This document shows positions 62,980-64,000 of a stretch of DNA of 64,000 nucleotides, piece by piece. Position 1 is the stretch's first letter; each line of letters begins with the position of its first letter. This DNA is from Guillardia theta CCMP2712 (taxonomy: Eukaryota > Protista > Cryptophyta): positions 874,533-938,532 of the forward strand of contig NW_005434668.1 of NCBI RefSeq assembly GCF_000315625.1. Reading direction: 5' to 3'. A program made the translations under genes and the position numbers. Below the pieces are notes generated by a model. It had not been told where the DNA came from. It did not search any database and saw only the letters and a list, made by a program, of their open reading frames with translations.

Positions 62980-64000
62980 TCAATTCCACAGCCACTCCAG
63001 TTCATCAGGTCTAGAGGTGCACTTGACTCGCAGTTTGCGAACATAACTTGTCCATTTTAGCTGTCCACTTCGATTCGTCGAACTGCTACTAGCAGCTCCA
63101 ATGTCGATCCAATTCAGGTATTCATTGGCATACTTCATGAAGAATTCATTCGTTTCTCGGACTGAAGGATTCCCCCGCTCTATACAAACCAGTTGGTCCA
63201 TTTCCCTCCTTCTCGCTTCATTGTCCTGTTCGCTGTCCCTGATCACCTTCCTTATGAATTGATGAAAATGCCTCATGAAAAACTTCATATCTGTCAATCG
63301 TTTATCTTGGCTCTTCTGTGTCAAATCTTTTCCTCTCACACGTTTCAGCGGTGGAATTCCTTTTAAATTGTTGCCACAATGCCAAATGCTCCAGGCTGCC
63401 TCTGTTACTCCTGCCTCGTCCGATACTCGCATATCTTCCGGAAGAAGCCTCTGACCTTGGCACTGCTGTACTTCCGGCTGCTGCTGTGAATGAAGTGGCT
63501 CCTGACACACTTCCTCTTGCCGTTGTTGCACTTGCTGCGGTTGCTCTACCTGCTGCGGCTGCTGCTGCCCCTGCAGGTGCTGGAGCAATTCAAATTGTTG
63601 CTGCTGCAATTTCTCTATCATCCGTTTCTGCATGTCCCACACTTCCTGTAGCTTTGTGTACAATTCTCGTAGTTGCATTTGCACCGTGAAGTTCTCGTGG
63701 CCATGATTTTGTTGCATAGAAACTTGAAGCTGTTGTTGCAATAGCAGGCGATTTTCCTCATTCTTTCCCTGAAACTGTTTGAAATAGTTGACCATCTCCT
63801 TGAATTTCGCTTCCATCTTTTCCATCATGCTGTCTTGCTTCAGTCTCAGCTGCTCATTGCCTGCCACCACTTGATCAAGCTTCTCGTGCAAAATCATCCA
63901 CTGCTTTTCGTGAACCAGTGATGTGACATGAGGCGGACATCCAGTACTACGATAAATGGGAACCTGCACAGTGCACATCATGTTCTCGGAACTTTCATTC
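62980..64000 (-). CDS. C-terminal part of a Crypton (CryptonS-like) tyrosine-recombinase transposon protein
   Basis: TGCPPHV followed by a coiled coil, then AWSIWHCG...IPPLKRV..D..QDKRLTDMKFFM and RSGQLKWTSY. This resembles the W/G-rich C-terminal domain of stramenopile Crypton proteins; the recombinase domain itself would lie outside the window. Confidence 0.55.
   Translation of the reverse strand, partial: NESSENMMCTVQVPIYRSTGCPPHVTSLVHEKQWMILHEKLDQVVAGNEQLRLKQDSMMEKMEAKFKEMVNYFKQFQGKNEENRLLLQQQLQVSMQQNHGHENFTVQMQLRELYTKLQEVWDMQKRMIEKLQQQQFELLQHLQGQQQPQQVEQPQQVQQRQEEVCQEPLHSQQQPEVQQCQGQRLLPEDMRVSDEAGVTEAAWSIWHCGNNLKGIPPLKRVRGKDLTQKSQDKRLTDMKFFMRHFHQFIRKVIRDSEQDNEARRREMDQLVCIERGNPSVRETNEFFMKYANEYLNWIDIGAASSSSTNRSGQLKWTSYVRKLRVKCTSRPDELEWLWN

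Larger units (their letters stand above)
60530..64000. mobile_element. Transposon block: PIF/Harbinger element plus Crypton-like ORF; boundaries approximate, continues beyond the window
   Basis: Three closely packed, essentially intronless ORFs, visibly more AT-rich than the host genes. Confidence 0.75.

Overview
Gene-dense eukaryotic nuclear DNA, most consistent with a cryptophyte alga such as Guillardia theta. This is an inference from the many ~45-50 nt introns, bipartite signal+transit presequences with Phe at +1, an LRGG-type leader and the gene content. About 20 intron-split genes could be assembled by hand. They include a broken type IA topoisomerase (topA) copy; plastid-targeted Lon-N, UvrD/PcrA and DUF2997 proteins; a GT29 sialyltransferase-like gene; a 2x cNMP-binding + Cdc14 phosphatase fusion; and an NPPY-type amino-methyltransferase. 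Also present are USB1, a TMEM145/GPR180-like protein, POLA2, a triple glycosyltransferase with an internal near-identical duplication, a thioredoxin-like dynein light chain, a PDZ protein, a Tim21-like protein, GRWD1/Rrb1 with a targeting-like leader, a C2-thioredoxin fusion, a SAC9-like phosphoinositide phosphatase, a secreted LysM protein and a CgeB+GT61 glycosyltransferase. The right end is an intron-poor, more AT-rich block holding a decayed PIF/Harbinger transposase, its convergent partner ORF and the C-terminal part of a Crypton-like protein. The most interesting unexplained structure is a recurrent, often polarised intergenic unit: a CpG-rich block with CATCATG motifs followed by a GGGTA-rich tract, sitting at gene 5' ends. 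No rRNA, tRNA or CRISPR array was recognised. All exon boundaries and family calls are by eye and need database or RNA-seq confirmation.
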